This document shows positions 36,490-49,118 of a stretch of 64,000 nucleotides of DNA, in pieces. Each line of letters begins with the position of its first letter. The first letter of the stretch is position 1. This DNA comes from Octopus bimaculoides (taxonomy: Eukaryota). Both the position numbers and the translations under genes were made by a program. The DNA lies in NCBI RefSeq assembly GCF_001194135.2, contig NC_068991.1, positions 54,095,631 to 54,159,630 of the forward strand, in the 5' to 3' direction. Below the pieces are notes generated by a model. The model made no database searches, was not told where the DNA came from, and was given only the letters and a program-made list of their open reading frames with translations.

Positions 36490-37004
36490 CATGACAATTT
36501 CTTATTGTCTTGTCATTTTAATTTCTTATAAATATATGTATTAAGTATTTTTATGAGCTTGTAATTTTGACTTCTATATTCCCTATAGGAAAAGTATGTT
36601 TTCCCTTAGGAGAAGGAAAATGAGTTATATAAAAACTGTTACCCACGGCAGGAATCTGTATTGCAAGAAGGTTGTGTGTACTAGAGCAGCCTTACTTTCA
36701 ACAAGTTCTCATCTAAAGAGCAGGCATCTAATCAGTTTTTCAGATGCATAAAAAGTTCATTTAAAAATGTTTTTGAAATATACTTCAATAGAATATAGTC
36801 AACAACTATTGAAGAGGTTGCAAGAAGCAACGAAAATTTTAGAAGAAAAATAATAAATGAGTGGAAATTGAACCGGTGAGTGTGTTAATTAATATGGCAT
36901 TGAAACAGAATGACTCTCCCCAGGCAACAAAATATGCTTCAACACACAAATTCATATAAAGAATCTTGCAAACCAAATACAAAAACGAAATTTAAAATTA
37001 ACTT

Positions 37005-37230
37005 TAATCCTTTAGCATTCAGATTACTCTGTCAAATTTAAATTTTTTTTATTCACATTGCTTTAAATTAACCATGCATTATCTTGTAGCTTTGAGATTT
37101 TGACAATGGGATTGTTGATTTGTAGAATGACAGTGTAGGGTAAATGTGAGGGATCAGATCTGGCTGGTTTGCATATAAAACAGGTAGACTATTTAGACCA
37201 GATATGACCAGCTTATATGCCAAAGAGTTA
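37005..37230 (-). mobile_element. TTAA MITE copy
   Basis: TTAATCCTTTAGCATTCAGATTAC...GCCAAAGAGTTAA. Confidence 0.8.
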
Positions 37231-38010
37231 AGTGTAGAAATAACCTATTTCTCTTCTATAACATAAGATAATGAAACTGAAATAAGAATAAACTGATTTG
37301 GAAATAGAAAAATATTTCTATCAGAATAAAAGTTCATTGTTTGGTACATACACTTTTGATTGTTGTTTGAGTTATGTTGCTGTGGTTAATGAACACTTTA
37401 TGAATGGAACTCATGAATCTAAATGTCAGCATTGTTTTAATTATTGTTGCAGTTATTCCAATCTTGTATCAAATTGACTTAAAAAATTTTTTGTTGCTTT
37501 ATCTCCTCTGTTTTTGAGTTATAATTTAGGAATATCCAGTAAGGTGTCTAAATGAATATTATCTTCTGGCAGATTTTGTGTGTGTGTGTGTGTGTGTGTG
37601 TAATGCACACATGTGCACACATATGCATATACATACATACATGCATGCATGCATGCATAGGGTGGGAGTTTACAAAATATACATTTAGTTAATTTTCTGT
37701 TTAAAATAAATCTTTTAAGAGAAGATTCCAGAAATTAAATTACTTAAACGTTACCCATTTTTATTTAAAAGAGGTTAAACAACTTTTAGCAAATGTGATT
37801 TCCTTCTTATATATGCTAATGACTTTGAAACATTATTTATTTGAAACATGCAATGTACTAATAATTACCTTGGTTACAGTACAAAGAAAAGTGGGAAATC
37901 GTTATTTTTAAAAAAATGTATAACTCAGTATTGTTGGATATTGAATCTCAGGTAAAATATTCGTGGCTTGAATTGTTTCTTCATCTCATCTTCAAATTTG
38001 AATTTTTCAG

Positions 38011-38103
38011 ATTCTTTCTGAATTGGAAGTGAAAAGGAGACCAAAACCACCTGCACGTGGCAAAGGCCCAGGTAACAGAGTCAAAGAACGACCAAAGTCT
38101 TTG
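38011..38103 (+). CDS. CCDC9: CCDC9-like exon: ILSELEVKRRPKPPARGKGPGNRVKERPKSL
   Basis: aatttttcAG acceptor, 93 nt phase 0-0, donor GTATGT. Basic/Pro-rich sequence as in the CCDC9 linker. Confidence 0.85.
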
Positions 38104-40344
38104 GTATGTATTCCCTTCTATGAGTTCATTGTAAAGGTTTATTTAGTTGCTATAAGGTATCAATGAATTACTTAGATTATTGATAAGATATTGGATGAGG
38201 CTGCAAGCTGGCAAAACCATAAGCAAGTTGAACAACAAAATGCTTAGCACTTCTAGCTTTTTATCTTCTGAGTTTAAATTCCACTGAGGCTAACTTTGAC
38301 CCTTATCCCTTCAGGATCAATAAAATGAAATACCAATCAAATATTAGGGCCAGTGGTATCGACTGAACCCCTCCTCTCAAAACTACTGGTTTCGTGCTCA
38401 GATTTGGAACCATTATTTATTAAATGTTTTTGATAATGATTCTGGTTTTTATTAGATTTTTCGTAATGATTCTTTCTTATTTGTGAGGAATGTTCCAGAA
38501 TATCTTTTACATTACTGATTAAGATTCCCTATTAATACAGTTATCTGTTCTAGTTTTAGCTATGTAAATCTCTGTGAAGCATTAATGTGTTGAGTTTTCT
38601 ATCCATCCATCCATCCATCCATCCATCTTTCTTTCTTTATTTCTTTCTTTCTATAATAGAGGAATTGGTGAACTGTATCTATTACCTTGTTTCAATTCCC
38701 TGTTGGAGTTACTATTCTAAGGTTTCCAATTTACTCTGTGAATTGTTGATATTCACTCTACATAATTGTCTTTAGTTGAAAATTAGATCTTTCATTTTCA
38801 TCATTTTTAATGAGATTGTTCAAGTATGAGGTCTGCCCTGGTGACCAGTTATTGTAAGCAAGATAATCATTTCTAGATAAATCTCAGCAGGATCTATGTA
38901 ACATTTCTATCTCATTCTATCACTTCTGGGTAGTTTTGCAATTTTTAACTGTTCGGTTTAGAAACTGATGTCTTAAACTTCAGAATTATTTCTAATGCTG
39001 ATTACTCTTCTGTGAAGTGATACATTTCTACAACAGGCAAATGATATATATTTTAACAATTCTATCATGGAAAAAGGATTCAGAGGCAATGAAATAAAAT
39101 TTTAAAAATTGAGAGCATAAAATACAGAGATGTAAGTAGATGTGCTGCAGTAAATAATTTGCTGCTTAATGGTCTTAGGTAGACATAAGGAAAACTAATA
39201 TTTAGGAAAAGTAATTATGTTTATTTAGCAAATTATTTTGTGGCTTTATATTATCTGATGCTATGATAAATTGCCCCCCAGTAACTCTCTGTAAAATCAT
39301 CAGTGATAGGAAGGGCATCAGCTATAGAAAATAAAATCCAAATGGAACATATGTGAAACATAGTTCCTGATCTATCTAGGAGGGCTAGAACCCTTTACAA
39401 GTACTCAGTTCCTGATGTTGTAGCCAATGTATGACAACAGAGAAAGTAAGATATAAAATAATTGTATGTAGCATTCTCCCCTAAGATAATGTGTATTAAG
39501 TAGACAGACAGACCTGAAGCTAATTTGATGCAGAAAGGGCATGTCTTTGGTGAGGTTGCGAACAACAACAAAAGGGCTTTCACAAGCATAACTGTTTGAT
39601 TGATTAATCAAACTGAATGCTTAATCAAATAATTGATTAGTTAATTGGTTAACCAATTGACAAATAGATATTGAAAAAGTTAACTACGACCAGTGCATGT
39701 CTTTATTATTGGCATAATGACCCTCCTAAGATACATCACAAACTGACAAAAATTCTACATTAATGCTTATAAAATAAATTATATTTGATCCTTATTTCTT
39801 TTAAACTGCTGCCCCCATTTACTTTGGTTAACTGAATGGAAGAAGCTGTGTAATATGCATTGGCCTGCAGGACATACTCATTAAACTTATGGGAGGCCCA
39901 CCTTTGCATTTAGGACCTGAGATGATGTTTTTGAGACATTGGGGGGGGGGTCTGTATACCATCAAATATGGTAATTCCCAAGATTTTAATCTTTTAGAGA
40001 ATTCCTTGCCCATGTTGTAAACATGCATTCATGTAAAATATTGTGGACAAATGTTCGTCAAAAATATTTATTATGATGGCATATAATTTTTGTGATAAAA
40101 CAGTATCGCTTAATATATGTATGTTGATATAAATAAAAAAAATTAAAACTTTATGAAGTTTAAATAATATGCATGAATGCATATTTTATGTTTTTGCTAC
40201 TTTTATAAACATTAACCAGCATGTTGATTTTATTATTTTTTTAAATATGTTTTATTTTGGGTTTATTAATACTTATATCCCAGATTTAACTGTTATTACT
40301 AATGAACTTTAAAATTTGAAAAATCAAGTATTTTCATCTATTGA

Positions 40345-40570
40345 CCCTTTAGCATTTAATCCAGTCATATCTGGCCCAAATAGTCTACCTGTTTTATGTT
40401 AAAACTGACCAGATCCAATCTCTCACACCTACCTTACAATGTCATTGTTAAAATATACAAACACACCATTGAAATCTTGAAGCTACAAGATAACACATGA
40501 TTAATTCAAAACAAAGTGAATAAATAAGTATTACATTTGACAAAGAGATCTTAATCCTAAAGAGTTAAAC
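40345..40570 (+). mobile_element. TTAA MITE copy
   Basis: TTGACCCTTTAGCATTT...CCTAAAGAGTTAA. Confidence 0.8.
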
Positions 40571-41878
40571 AATAACTATTTTCTGCATGATTTTATTTTC
40601 TCCACTGAAACTGCTTGTTTTATTTGACCATTTTTCTCGTTTGTATGCAGAGAATTACCTTTTATAATGACATCTTATTCAGTAACATTTTTTTTTCTTC
40701 TAATTTTGTATTGACATTCTAGACAACCTAGCAGTTTTTGTGGTTTTGACTCTGCAATCAACAGGGGTTAGAAGACATAAGAGAGAGAAAGGTAGCTGAT
40801 ACAAAGTGTTTTGGAATTAAATTGAGTGAAAAGGGGATTTTTGAAAGGGCAATAGAGATTATGAAGGGGCAGAATTAACACTTATTTGTGCTTCTTACAC
40901 CTGCTGAAAATGAGACAACCCAAATGTATGAAGATTGCTTCCTCAATGTCTCATTTGTTCCTATCTTTGAAATTTTAAAGTTTTTCTGATTCAGTAATCC
41001 TTCTACTTAATATATTGCCATATATTGGTGTATACCTAAATATCCACAGTTTATCAACACAACAATGTCCTAGACATAAAATTGTACTTGCAACAGACCA
41101 TTTGAATACATTTTACACGTACATGCTCACAGACAGCCTTTGCTTTCAGATATTCCCCTTGTAGATCATTTTAAAATATATTCTTGGTGAGTGTGACAAG
41201 CTTGAAATGTTATATGTATATCATGTTCTTGGCATTTTTTTTTTTTTTGACATGTTTTCAAGATTTAAAAGTGTCAGTTTTAGAATATATTAACATGATA
41301 GGATTTTTCATTTTTAATTTTAAATATATTAAAGAAAACCTGTACTAATGGATGGATGGATGGGCAGATGTGGATCTGTAAATATGCATGTATAAATATT
41401 TGGTGGGCTATTCATAAGATGAAATTAGCATCTACCAACCACTTTGGTAGATTCAAACTTGGCACGCATACTCAAGGTATAAGCCGTAAGTAGGACCAAT
41501 GGAGATAACATGAAGATTACTACAAGAAACTTTACTGCAGACTTTTAATTCTGATTGGCATTGATGAATCTTCTTCGACAAGTCTATTCCAAGTAGCTGA
41601 CTGCCTGTTACATAGTTGCATGCTCTTAGTTTTGTCATTGGTAGAAGCTTGCAACTAGTTTGGTCTTTGATATAGTTTTTCAGACTCATTAGGTATTTTT
41701 TTCATTCCTTGAAAGGAACATTCTAGCAGTTCAAAAAGCATGGCCAGACTACTGATGTTGATCTCTCAAAATCACTGCTTTGATGCTCATGACTCATAAG
41801 TCTTCACCTATTCATTGACTCCAACTTTGTCATACTGTACTACCAATGGATGTTCATCACAGAGGGTATATAGAATAT

Positions 41879-42110
41879 AGGCGGCGAGCTGGCAGAATCG
41901 TTGGCACGCCGGGCGAAATGCTTAGCCGTATTCCGTGTGTCATTACGTTCTGAGTTCAAATTCCGCCGAGGTCGACTTTGCCTTTCATCCTTTCGGGGTT
42001 GATAAATTAAGTACCAGTTACGCACTGGGGTCGATGTAATCGACTTAATCCGTTTGTCTGTTCTTGTTTGTTCCCTCTATGTTTAGCCCCTTGTGGGCAA
42101 TAACGAAATA
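41879..42110 (+). mobile_element. Young tRNA-derived SINE (family A) with 14-bp TSD
   Basis: GGTATATAGAATAT at 41865-78 and 42111-24. Head GGCGGCGAGCTGGCAGAATC, B box GTTCAAATTCC, CpGs retained. Confidence 0.92.
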
Positions 42111-42249
42111 GGTATATAGAATATTTCAAACTGACAACTTTTTTTTTGTAAGAGTTTGCATTTTAGATCTCTAGTGCTGAACTGAGATTACGTAACTTGG
42201 GCTTATGTGGTACTCTGTCGGTTACAATGATGAATGTTATTTTGATCAA

Positions 42250-42460
42250 CAAAACACCCTACTTGTGAAATTAACATGCAGATGGCTGAATACTCCACAA
42301 GCATGCATACCCTTAACGTAGTTCTGAAGGAGATTCTGCATGACACAGAATGTGACAAGGCTGGCTCTCTGAAATACAGGTACAGCTAACTCATTTTTGC
42401 CAGCTGAGTGGACTGAAGTAATGTGAAATAAAGTGTCTTGCTCAAGGACACAATATGTAG
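42250..42460 (-). mobile_element. Family-C SINE fragment (TGTGTCCTTGAGCAAGACAC..CCACTCAGCTGGC). Others ~9590-9810(+), 11880-12090(-), 27978-28370(+), 48370-48570(-), 55570-55770(-), 61501-61819(-)
   Basis: Shared motifs CAGCTGAGTGGACTG and GTGTCTTGCTCAAGGACAC; 3' part shared with the 22965 SINE. Confidence 0.75.
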
Positions 42461-43210
42461 ATGGTTTAAAGTTAGTTAGCACCTGTCCAATTATACCATT
42501 GTGATTAGGTAGATGATCTCTGAGAATTTTCTGGAACAACTGAACTTAATAAAGATGAGCCAAAGAATATGAAAGATGGTGTCGAGATCCATCTTCTGTC
42601 TGATGCATTTCTCCTAGACTTCTTGTTTCATCAATCACACTGCCATCACATGACACAGTTTAATACTGCCATCTGAACCTTGGCTACTTTCAGCAGAGAC
42701 CATTCTGTTATAGACAATGGGGCCAGATCTTCACTCTGAAGACATCTTCCTTTTTACATGTTATAGTAACCCTGAAAAGTATCATGTGTGCTGCTCTTCT
42801 TCCTATAAATATGTTACTAAACAAAAATAAATAAGTAGGTGCAAGCATGGCTGTGTAGTAAGAAGTTTACTTCCAACCACATTGTTCCAGGTTTCGTCCC
42901 ACTGCATGGCTCCTTGGGCAAGTGTCTTCTACTATAAACTCGGGCTGACCAAAGCCTTGTGAGTGGATTTCGTTGACAGAAACTGAAAGAAGCCCATCAT
43001 ATATATATATATATACATACATAAATATATATAGCAAAAATATCATTGTAAGAGATAATTCATTAAATTTCATTTAATGAATTATCTCTTATAATGAAAT
43101 TTTTGCTTAAATACATTCATACGGATAGACAGATTCATAAATAATGTATGATAAAAGAAACTGGAAACCTAGGGAACAATTCCCTTAGGAGTAATTTTTT
43201 ACCTGAATAA

Positions 43211-43241
<31 letters not shown>

Positions 43242-43861
43242 GTGTGTGTGTGTGTGTGACTTTGTGCCTGTGTTTGTCCCCCACCATTACTCAACAACCT
43301 CTGTTGACATATTTATATCCCTGTAACTTAGCAGTTCAGCAAAAGGATCCACTAGAATAAGTGACTGACTTAAAAATGAAAATAAGTCCTGGGGTTGACT
43401 CATTCAACTAAAATGTCTTCAAAGCAGTGCCCCAGTATGGCCACAGTCTTACGACGGAAACGAATGTAAGATAGAAGATAAGAGAAATCCAAGCATTGGT
43501 AGTTAGGGTGGGGGAGAATGACACGGAATTGTTAGGGATGAGAAGTAGAGCAGTACCCTGATACTTCCTACTGTTATCTTTGTTCTTTTTTATTTTTGAA
43601 CATTGAGACAATAGAACGATAATTTAATTCGTCTGACATAGATATCATAAAATAGATATAGATTCCCAAAAGGCATGAATGCCTTAAATTCTCTATTTCT
43701 TCTTCTCTACCTGATGTTTCATGTCTGAGTAAAAATTTGTGTATATTTATTTTCTTGTTCTTTTTTATCTACTATTTGGTCATGGGTTGTAATATGGTTG
43801 TTATATCAGTTGTTCTTCTTTAATTCTACTTGTGTTGCTGTGAACATCAAATGGTTAGCAG

Positions 43862-44104
43862 GATGAGAATGGAGATCTATGTATCGACAGTGTCTATCGA
43901 GGTCGCCGGTCTATGCATGCAGTGGGTTCGACAGGTGGGCAGCATCGGCTTGAGCGAATGACCACTGTACCTAATAATGAAATGAATGAAATTCATATTC
44001 AAATTACTGACAACGTTCCTGAATACCGGCCAAATTTCGCTAATATAAGGCAAACCAGAGATAAACATAGGGAGAGAGAGCGAGAAAAGACTACAGACTT
44101 CAAT
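43862..44104 (+). CDS. CCDC9: Probable exon (possibly alternative): DENGDLCIDSVYRGRRSMHAVG...RDKHREREREKTTDFN
   Basis: TAGCAG tandem acceptor (43856-61), 243 nt stop-free phase 0-0, consensus donor GTAAGT at 44105. CpG-retaining, GC-richer island in an AT-rich intron. Confidence 0.75.
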
Positions 44105-44157
44105 GTAAGTTATATGAATACACCCATCTATTTATTTGTTCCTGTACATACATGTTG

Positions 44158-44203
<46 letters not shown>

Positions 44204-44220
44204 ATGTGTGCACACTCACT

Positions 44221-44259
<39 letters not shown>

Positions 44260-47200
44260 TCACTCTTATGCACATCTTTTCAGTCAAATGTATCACATGC
44301 CAAAGAACGATTTAGTAGTGAACTTCAAGTTTTCTATGTCAGGAGTTAATTTCTGTTAATACAACTGAAAATTTTCTGCATATTACTGAGATGTTACAGT
44401 CATTTCATTGATTTTTGTGTTCCACGGGAAATTTCCATATGTTTTGTTTGAGTCTTTTGTTTTTTAAATTGAAGATTTCAGTTCCTTTCACTAATAATAA
44501 TTAATCAAGACCAAATTTGTAATTTAACAAATAATTTTTAGCTGTAATTAACTCCATGTTAAATTGTTGTTCTATTCTGGCTCTTGCATGTGTGAATTTG
44601 TGCTTTATATAAAACCAACATGCTTTACTCGTTGTTTTCACCAATTTTTTTCTTGTATGACCATAACAAATGAATTGCTATAGTTTGGGGGTTGTTCTTG
44701 ATTATAAATATTTTTTTGTTTGTGTGTGTGTGTATTCATATGTCAGAATATATAATTTAAAAAAATAGTACAAATGATTGAATAGTTTCTGTTGGAACAG
44801 TTATTTTTTTTTTTTGATTGATACCATTCCTAAAACTAACCTCTGAACTGCAAGTTAGAAGTGAAACTTATTGTTAGCTAGGTTATCTATGATCCAGAAT
44901 GAAATCTTGGACTGTGTGTGGTTGTCACCCCATTTATTGTAGTAGTAAGGTTTGAAGTCATGACTATTGGACTTTGTGGTTCATGGGTCCACATCAGTAC
45001 CGTCAAACAGGGTGGCTTTGGGCATGGTTCATAAATGACAAATTACTTAAAAATAAGAAAATAAAGAGAAACTACCTGTCCACAAACCTTTATTTACTCT
45101 TCAATCAAAGCACTAATATTTATGCTAGCACATATCCTCATTTTCAACCAGGGAGAAAATGAATCAGTAAATATTCACACTCAATACTGGAAATATGAAG
45201 TCAATGGAAAAAAGTTTTTGAGAAAAAATTTGCAAAATTTGTCCACAAGCACCCAATTTGACAGTATCCTTCCCCACCAGTTTTTAAAAAAATATTTTAG
45301 TTATGATTAACCATGTATAGGTAGTGTTTTTACAGAAATGAAATAGCTAACTATAACACTGTGTAACAAAATTAAAATTTTTTTGTCTTTGGTCAGTAAG
45401 TGTTATTTCCTATTTGCTTTGATCTAAAAATCAAAGGAAATGTCTACTATTCCCTTCAAACTCTGCTTTTGTAACCTGGATGTCAATGTTTTGAAACTAA
45501 CCTATTTTCCATTACATTTCAAACAAATTCACTGCTGAGTTGCTGAAGCAGAAATATTGTTATAGTAAATATTCTGCTCAATACCACAGATTTGCTTGTC
45601 AGTGGTGGACCATAACAACTTGAGCATGTGCCTTAGTGGCTGACAGTATGTGTATCTGTGATCATGTACAGGAGTATTTGGGGAGCATTATAGCCATGTC
45701 CCTTTGTGAAAGATAGACTGGTCTGAGTAAAGTATAAATAGTAACGATCCGAGTGAGTTTGAGAGTTCGGAGTGAACTGAAGTTCGTGTTAGTTCGCAGT
45801 GAAGTCAGGAGTCGGTTAGTTCACAAGGAATATTGATTGTTAGTTCGTTACATTGTTTTTACTGTTGTCTTGTTATCTTATTTATTGTACATAACAAATT
45901 ATGTTACAAGAAAAGATTATCTCCTCCCCACCCCAACACACACTTTTATCAAGAAAGAAAGAGAAACAATGTAATAAGACTTTATCACTTTTGAGATGAT
46001 TTTTTTTTAATGATATTTCGTTATGTACTTGATGTACTTGCTTAACGAGTAATTTGATCTGAGACTGTGTTGTAACTAAAGCAGTTATAATGCAGAAGAC
46101 ACATATTAACCATTCAGAAACACACAAAAACTGTTCAGTTTTTGTGTATTTTTGAATGACTAATATGTGTCCTCCATGCTTTCTTTTATTGTTTCACTTT
46201 TAGGGGTTCCAGGCATTGAACTGCAACCATGTTGTCCAATGCTGCAGGTTTTGGTCAATCAAATCAACCCCACTACTTACTTTTTTTAAAGCCTGTTACT
46301 TATTCTAGCGATCTATACTTTTGTTGAGCCATTAAGATACAGGACATGAACTAACACCAGCTGTCAAACAGTGTCCCTGTAAAGACAAAATAAGGCTGAC
46401 AATCATAAACATATAAGTATGAATGCATACAGACATGTACATGCATGCATACACAGTCACACACACAACAGGCTTCTGCACAGTTTCTGACTACCAAAAT
46501 TCACTCATAGTGCCTGACTCAAGCAGAAGACACATGCCCAATGTGCTACACAGAGGGACTGAACTCAAAATCACATGGTCTGAAATTGGAATTCTTAACC
46601 ACACAGCTGTGACAGCTTCAAAATGTAAAGTTATTTTATTTAACATAAAGTAGGATATTAAGGGTTTCTTTATTGCATTACAGTAGATGATCTGCTCTTA
46701 TAGCTGTTATATAACATTCTATGTTGTACATGGCATTAAAGAGTTTCAAAACAATTTAGAGTTCAAAATTGAGATATATATTATACATGCTAGCATATTA
46801 CACATGCTGGTGTATTATATATATATTTTACTGTAATTTAGCATTGATCATTTGAATGTAGTGGAGAGCATGAAAGGTTTGTCTACTAATGTGCTAAATT
46901 TTGTTTGATATAACAGTTGTTTATAGTTGGTCTGCACTGATAACATTTAAGACAATAATATTATTATTGTGTTTAGGGCAACAAGCTAGCAGAAACATTA
47001 GCATGCTAGGCAAAATGCTTAGCTGCATTTCACTTGTCTTTATGTTCTGAGTTCAAATTCCGCTGAGGTTAACTTTTCCTTTCATCCTTTCGGGGTTGAT
47101 AAGATAAGTACCAGTTGAGCACTGGCGTCGAGGCAGTCAACTTGCTCCTTCCCCTGAAATTGCTAGCCTTGTGTCAAAATTTGAAATCGATATTGTTATT

Positions 47201-47279
47201 GTGTTTACTTGTCTGATTTTGTTGAAATCACTTCAGAAATGTTTTATTATTTCTATTTGTTTCTTTTTGCAATTCCTAG

Positions 47280-47540
47280 GGCCCACCACCTGACCCTGCC
47301 TACAACTTCCTTGCAGATAGACGCCGTGAAGGTCCTGGTTATGACCGAGGTGACAGGGATGGAGGAGGAGGAGGTGGAGGAGGAAGCAGTGGCAGTGGCG
47401 GGAGAGGAGGAGGAGGAGGGGGAGAATGCAGCAACTTAAAAGATAACCGTGCAAAAGATGTTCGCAGGCACCCAAAAAACTATGGTGGAATTGATTTTCA
47501 AAATGTGAAATCAAAAATGAAAGCTGCAAGAGATAGACAG
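47280..47540 (+). CDS. CCDC9: CCDC9-like exon: GPPPDPAYNFLADRR...poly-Gly...RHPKNYGGIDFQNVKSKMKAARDRQ
   Basis: ttcctAG acceptor, 261 nt phase 0-0, donor GTTAGG. Motifs match recalled human PNPVRNFLDDPRR and RHGRNWGGPDF. Confidence 0.93.
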
Positions 47541-48936
47541 GTTAGGATACAATTTATCATTGAAATTCCATTCAAACAGACATTGCTTTATTACCCATTT
47601 AATAGCTAATTATTCCATTTTAACACTTTTTCTCACTGCTTATTTCTTACAACTTCATGTTTAATACAGTTGATGTTAAGTAAATTAAAATCATTTTTCT
47701 TCGTCCAAACACCCAACAAATCCGAAAGGTACTGGAATCACAATATATTTTGGTTGGTGCTAGATTAAACTTGTAATTTGGAGAAATATTTTTGCTCACA
47801 TATCTGTAGAAAGTAGATTTATGAAGAGTATGAGAGAAAAAATATAACTACCTCAAAGTGTTCAAAATATTATTCCAAAGTCAATTAGAATTAGTTTCTG
47901 GAGTTGAAAGCATGAAAATCACATTTTGATAAAAATATATTAAAATTAAACTTTTAAGAATTTTCTACTCAGTGTTGACTTACTTCAAGTAAAAAGTACC
48001 TATTTTAAACTAATTAATAAGCAGCTTTCTTTATTTTTGTAAAAGTTAGTTTCAAAGCTTGTTCTCGTCTCTTGAGATCTATTTCCTTACCATCTTATTC
48101 CACTCCATTTTTGGATAAAATCAGAAAGAGGTTGTGTAAAACGTTGTGGAAATTCAAAAGTTAAAGCTAAGTTTCAGTTTTAACACTGCAAAATTTTTAT
48201 ACTTGGTAAATATTTGTACCATTCATTGATATAGTAACATAACACAGTTAGAAGGATCCAGTGTTATAATCATCATAAAATATATTTGATGATCTCATGA
48301 TAACCAGACTGTTGTTTTACATCGCTGGTCACAATATACTATATATTGTTTTAGCTTTCAAGTGATGCTATTTCATTGGCTAGGCAAGTAGGCCAACATC
48401 CAACCTTGATTAGAAGGCTAGGTCATTGCAGGGTTACCCACTTACAGCTAAGTGGACTGGAGCAGCATGAAATGAAATGTTTTGCACAAGAGCATAACAT
48501 ACAGCTGGTCTGAGAATCGCAAGATTATGAGTGCAATACACTTAACCACTAGGCCACTTGCCTTCACAAATATGTTGATGATTTCTAATTTTGTAGGAGA
48601 AAACAGTTGATTCAGTCAATCCAGTAATTGACTGATATTTATTGATCCTGAAAGAATAAAAAAGTATAGCTGATTATGGCAAAATTTAGTGACACTAAGA
48701 CATGATTAAAGCATTATGTTAGGCACTTTGCCAATTCTCTGTCCAGTAAAGTAAGTAGAGAATATGATCAATTTACTTATTAAAAGTAGATATTGCAATG
48801 CTTTCAGAAATTTTCAGATGAATAAATATGAACTATAGAAAAATATATTTGGAAAGTAACACATTTATTGGCTGTGAAGTCAGATTTATAGCTAGGAACC
48901 TTAAATTTGATTTTATTTTTCTGTTTCTGTTAATAG

Positions 48937-49118
48937 AGTTTCAATTCTACTCCTCCGACAAAAATGGAGATGTCTATATCGATGACAGGTCGTGAGAGAC
49001 GCCAATATATGGAATGGAAAGCAGAGAGAGACCGAGTTGACAAAGAAAGAATTGAGAGACAAAAATCTGCTTCAGGAGAATGGCGAAGAGAATGGGATGC
49101 TGAGAAGCATCAGCAAGA
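48937..49118 (+). CDS. CCDC9: CCDC9 conserved-domain exon: SFNSTPPTKMEMSISMTGRERRQYMEWKAERDRVDKERIERQKSASGEWRREWDAEKHQQ
   Basis: ttaatAG acceptor, 182 nt phase 0-2, donor GTAAGT. Close to recalled human MTLSMTGRERSEYLRWKQEREKIDQERLQRHRKPTGQWRREWDAEK. Confidence 0.95.

Noticed and set aside
36589-36684. Acceptor-like sites at 36588 and 36609 just downstream of the hammerhead foldback (EKENELYKNCYPRQESVLQE..)
   Set aside because: Both frames reach stops and no strong frame-preserving donor is present; worth re-checking only if junction reads appear.
40723-40791. Acceptor plus GTAGCT donor segment
   Set aside because: Stop codon in the phase-0 frame; needs a non-standard upstream donor to stay open.
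47209-47439. ORF with poly-Glu (EEEEVEEEAVAV)
   Set aside because: Alternative frame of the (GGA)n exon; the splice-consistent frame carries the CCDC9 motifs.
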